This document shows, piece by piece, positions 62,601 to 64,000 of a stretch of 64,000 bases of DNA. A program made the translations under genes and the position numbers. The notes beneath the pieces were generated by a model, which worked only from the letters and a program-made list of their open reading frames with translations, did no database searches and had not been told where the DNA came from. The stretch spans positions 1 to 64,000 of the forward strand of contig CAWBMV010000021.1 of assembly GCA_963789955.1 (NCBI GenBank). The letters run 5' to 3'. This DNA is from an uncultured Candidatus Rokubacteria bacterium. GTDB lineage: Bacteria > Methylomirabilota > Methylomirabilia > Rokubacteriales > CSP1-6. Positions within the stretch are counted from its first letter, which is position 1. The number at the start of each line of letters is the position of its first letter.

Positions 62601-63046
62601 GTAGCGGTGGACGGCTTCCATCATGAGCTCGAGGACCGGGTCGAGGAGCTTGCGGGCGTCCTCGGGATCGCGGTCGCCCAGGAGCTCCATCGAGCCCTTG
62701 AGATCCGCGAAGAGAACGGTCACCTGCTTGCGCTCGCCCTCGAGCGCGGACTTCGAGGTGAGGATTTTTTCGGCGAGGTGCTTGGGGGTGTAGGCGTTCG
62801 GGGAGGCGAAGCGCGGCTGGGGGGTCGCGGCGGCGCCGTGGCGGGGTGCGCGGTGACGCCCGCGCGGTGACGGGATTCGTCGAGATTCGCGGGACGCGTC
62901 GGATGCGCGCACTCCAGGCAGAATTTCGCGGCCGCGGGCAGCTGGGCGCCGCAGCTCACGCAGCGGGCCTCTTTGAGCGGAGTCGCGCACTCCAGGCAGA
63001 ACTTCGCCCGCGAGGGATTCTCGGTCTGGCAGCGAGGGCAAGTCAT
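59653..63046 (-). CDS. Second zinc ribbon + class III cyclase + AAA ATPase + TPR protein (frameshifts near 62850, 61700, 60990)
   Basis: CPRC/CLEC repeats, FADLKGS, GDGIMALFGAP, GEPGVGKS, EGNPLFLEE, FKHSLTHEV, MRPLVAHCHLGLG. Confidence 0.9.
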
Positions 63047-63072
63047 CGGGTGGGAGCAGTATAATCGCCGCC
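63047..63072. promoter_or_regulatory. Overlapping divergent -10 boxes (bidirectional promoter)
   Basis: agtataat at 63058-63065 gives TATAAT on + (7 nt before ATG 63073) and TATACT on - (11 nt before ATG 63046). Confidence 0.55.
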
Positions 63073-63477
63073 ATGGTCGCCGGCCCACGGCTGACGCTCG
63101 GCGGTTTCCTCGCCCGCTTCGCGCTTGCAGTTCTCGTGGTCGGCGCCACCTACAATCCCACTCCGTATTCGTATTACGCGTGGGTCAGGCGCACCGGGTT
63201 CGAGTGGAGTCCGCCGACCGTATTCGGCGGCGTCGTCCTGCTGATCGGATGGTTCATCTGCGTGCGCCTCGCCTTGCGCTCGATGGGCGGCATGGGCCTG
63301 CTGCTCGCCAATGCGTTCCTGGCTGCGCTTTACTGGCTCGTGGGCAGCTGGGGGTGGCTCCCGATTCAGAACGTCGCGGCGATCTCGTGGCTCGGGCTGT
63401 TCAGCGTCGCGGCGATTCTGGCTATTGGGATGTCGTGGACGCACTGGCGGCGGCGGTCGATCATGCCGCCGGGGTGA
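63073..63477 (+). CDS. Small membrane protein (DUF6524-like)
   Basis: ATYNPTPYSYYAW, LLIGW, LAIGMSWTH. Confidence 0.65.
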   Translation: MVAGPRLTLGGFLARFALAVLVVGATYNPTPYSYYAWVRRTGFEWSPPTVFGGVVLLIGWFICVRLALRSMGGMGLLLANAFLAALYWLVGSWGWLPIQNVAAISWLGLFSVAAILAIGMSWTHWRRRSIMPPG

Positions 63478-63648
63478 TTGCGCGCTCGTCGGGCTGATCT
63501 GGGCATCACCTCGACGCTGCTGCGCTCCGGAGCCGCGTTTTCGCGCAGATGTAGGACGAGCCGTCTCGGAGCGCGCGTGGCACGCCGTCCGGCGACTCAT
63601 GAATACTTGCCGCTTCGGCATGGTCGAACAATGTGCGAGGTGAGGACT

Positions 63649-64000
63649 ATGGCAATTAAGGAACTCTGATCGATCGCGCTTGTGGCGGTCGCGATCATGC
63701 TTGCGGCCGCATCGTTGAGCTACGCCGCGCCGCGCGGCGGGCCTGGCATCCCGGGGCATCCGCCGGTTCCGCACTTCGATGGCCATCATGCGTTCCGTCC
63801 CGGCTTCGACGCCCGCCACCATTTCGTGCGCGGGCCGCACGTCGGTGTGTTCGTCGGTGTGCCGCTCTTCGTGCCGCCGGCGTACCCGGCGTACTACCCG
63901 CCGGCGTACACGTACGAGGCGCCGGCGCCGAGCTACTGGTACTACTGCCCGAGCTACGGCGCGTACTACCCGAACGTGTCCAGCTGTCCGGAGCCGTGGG
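63649..64000 (+). CDS. Pro/Tyr-rich secreted protein, frameshifted near start and truncated by window end
   Basis: HFDGHH...PPAYPAYYPP...YWYYCPSYGAYYPNVSSCPEPW. Confidence 0.6.

Noticed and set aside
1..64000. CRISPR arrays, tRNA/rRNA (including selC), transposases, and the many long antisense ORFs
   Set aside because: No spaced direct repeats, cloverleaf or transposase motifs were recognised by eye. Long shadow ORFs are expected at this GC content.

Overview
High-GC bacterial genomic window, almost entirely protein-coding. Many single-base indels split ORFs, which looks like an unpolished long-read or metagenomic consensus. The gene repertoire (many ABC transporters, zinc-ribbon/cyclase/ATPase/TPR paralogues) resembles Candidatus Rokubacteria/Methylomirabilota, but that is inference only. 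Content: two carbohydrate-type ABC clusters, a family 1 encapsulin with its ferritin-like cargo, a TetR / hydrolase-glycosyltransferase / acyl-CoA dehydrogenase unit, an IorAB-like molybdoenzyme, a polar amino-acid ABC system, zwf, nrfHA with a CXXCH-type first haem, an Fe3+-type ABC operon, an isolated cobB/cbiA, a GMC oxidoreductase pair, a secreted metzincin, two class III cyclase-ATPase-TPR genes, an NMT1-type ABC system with hydantoinase A/B, and small accessory genes. No rRNA, tRNA, CRISPR array or transposase was recognised. The most notable signal, not visible in the ORF track, is two unrelated minus-strand genes that each carry an in-frame TGA followed about 20 nt later by a near-identical hairpin (CGCC(C)GGGTGGCG). 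These are candidate selenoproteins with a shared SECIS-like element: a DedA-rhodanese fusion (C-T-U-P-N-E, TGA at 8082-8084) and a signal-peptide-less binding-protein-fold protein (Q-G-U-E-C-G, TGA at 29822-29824).
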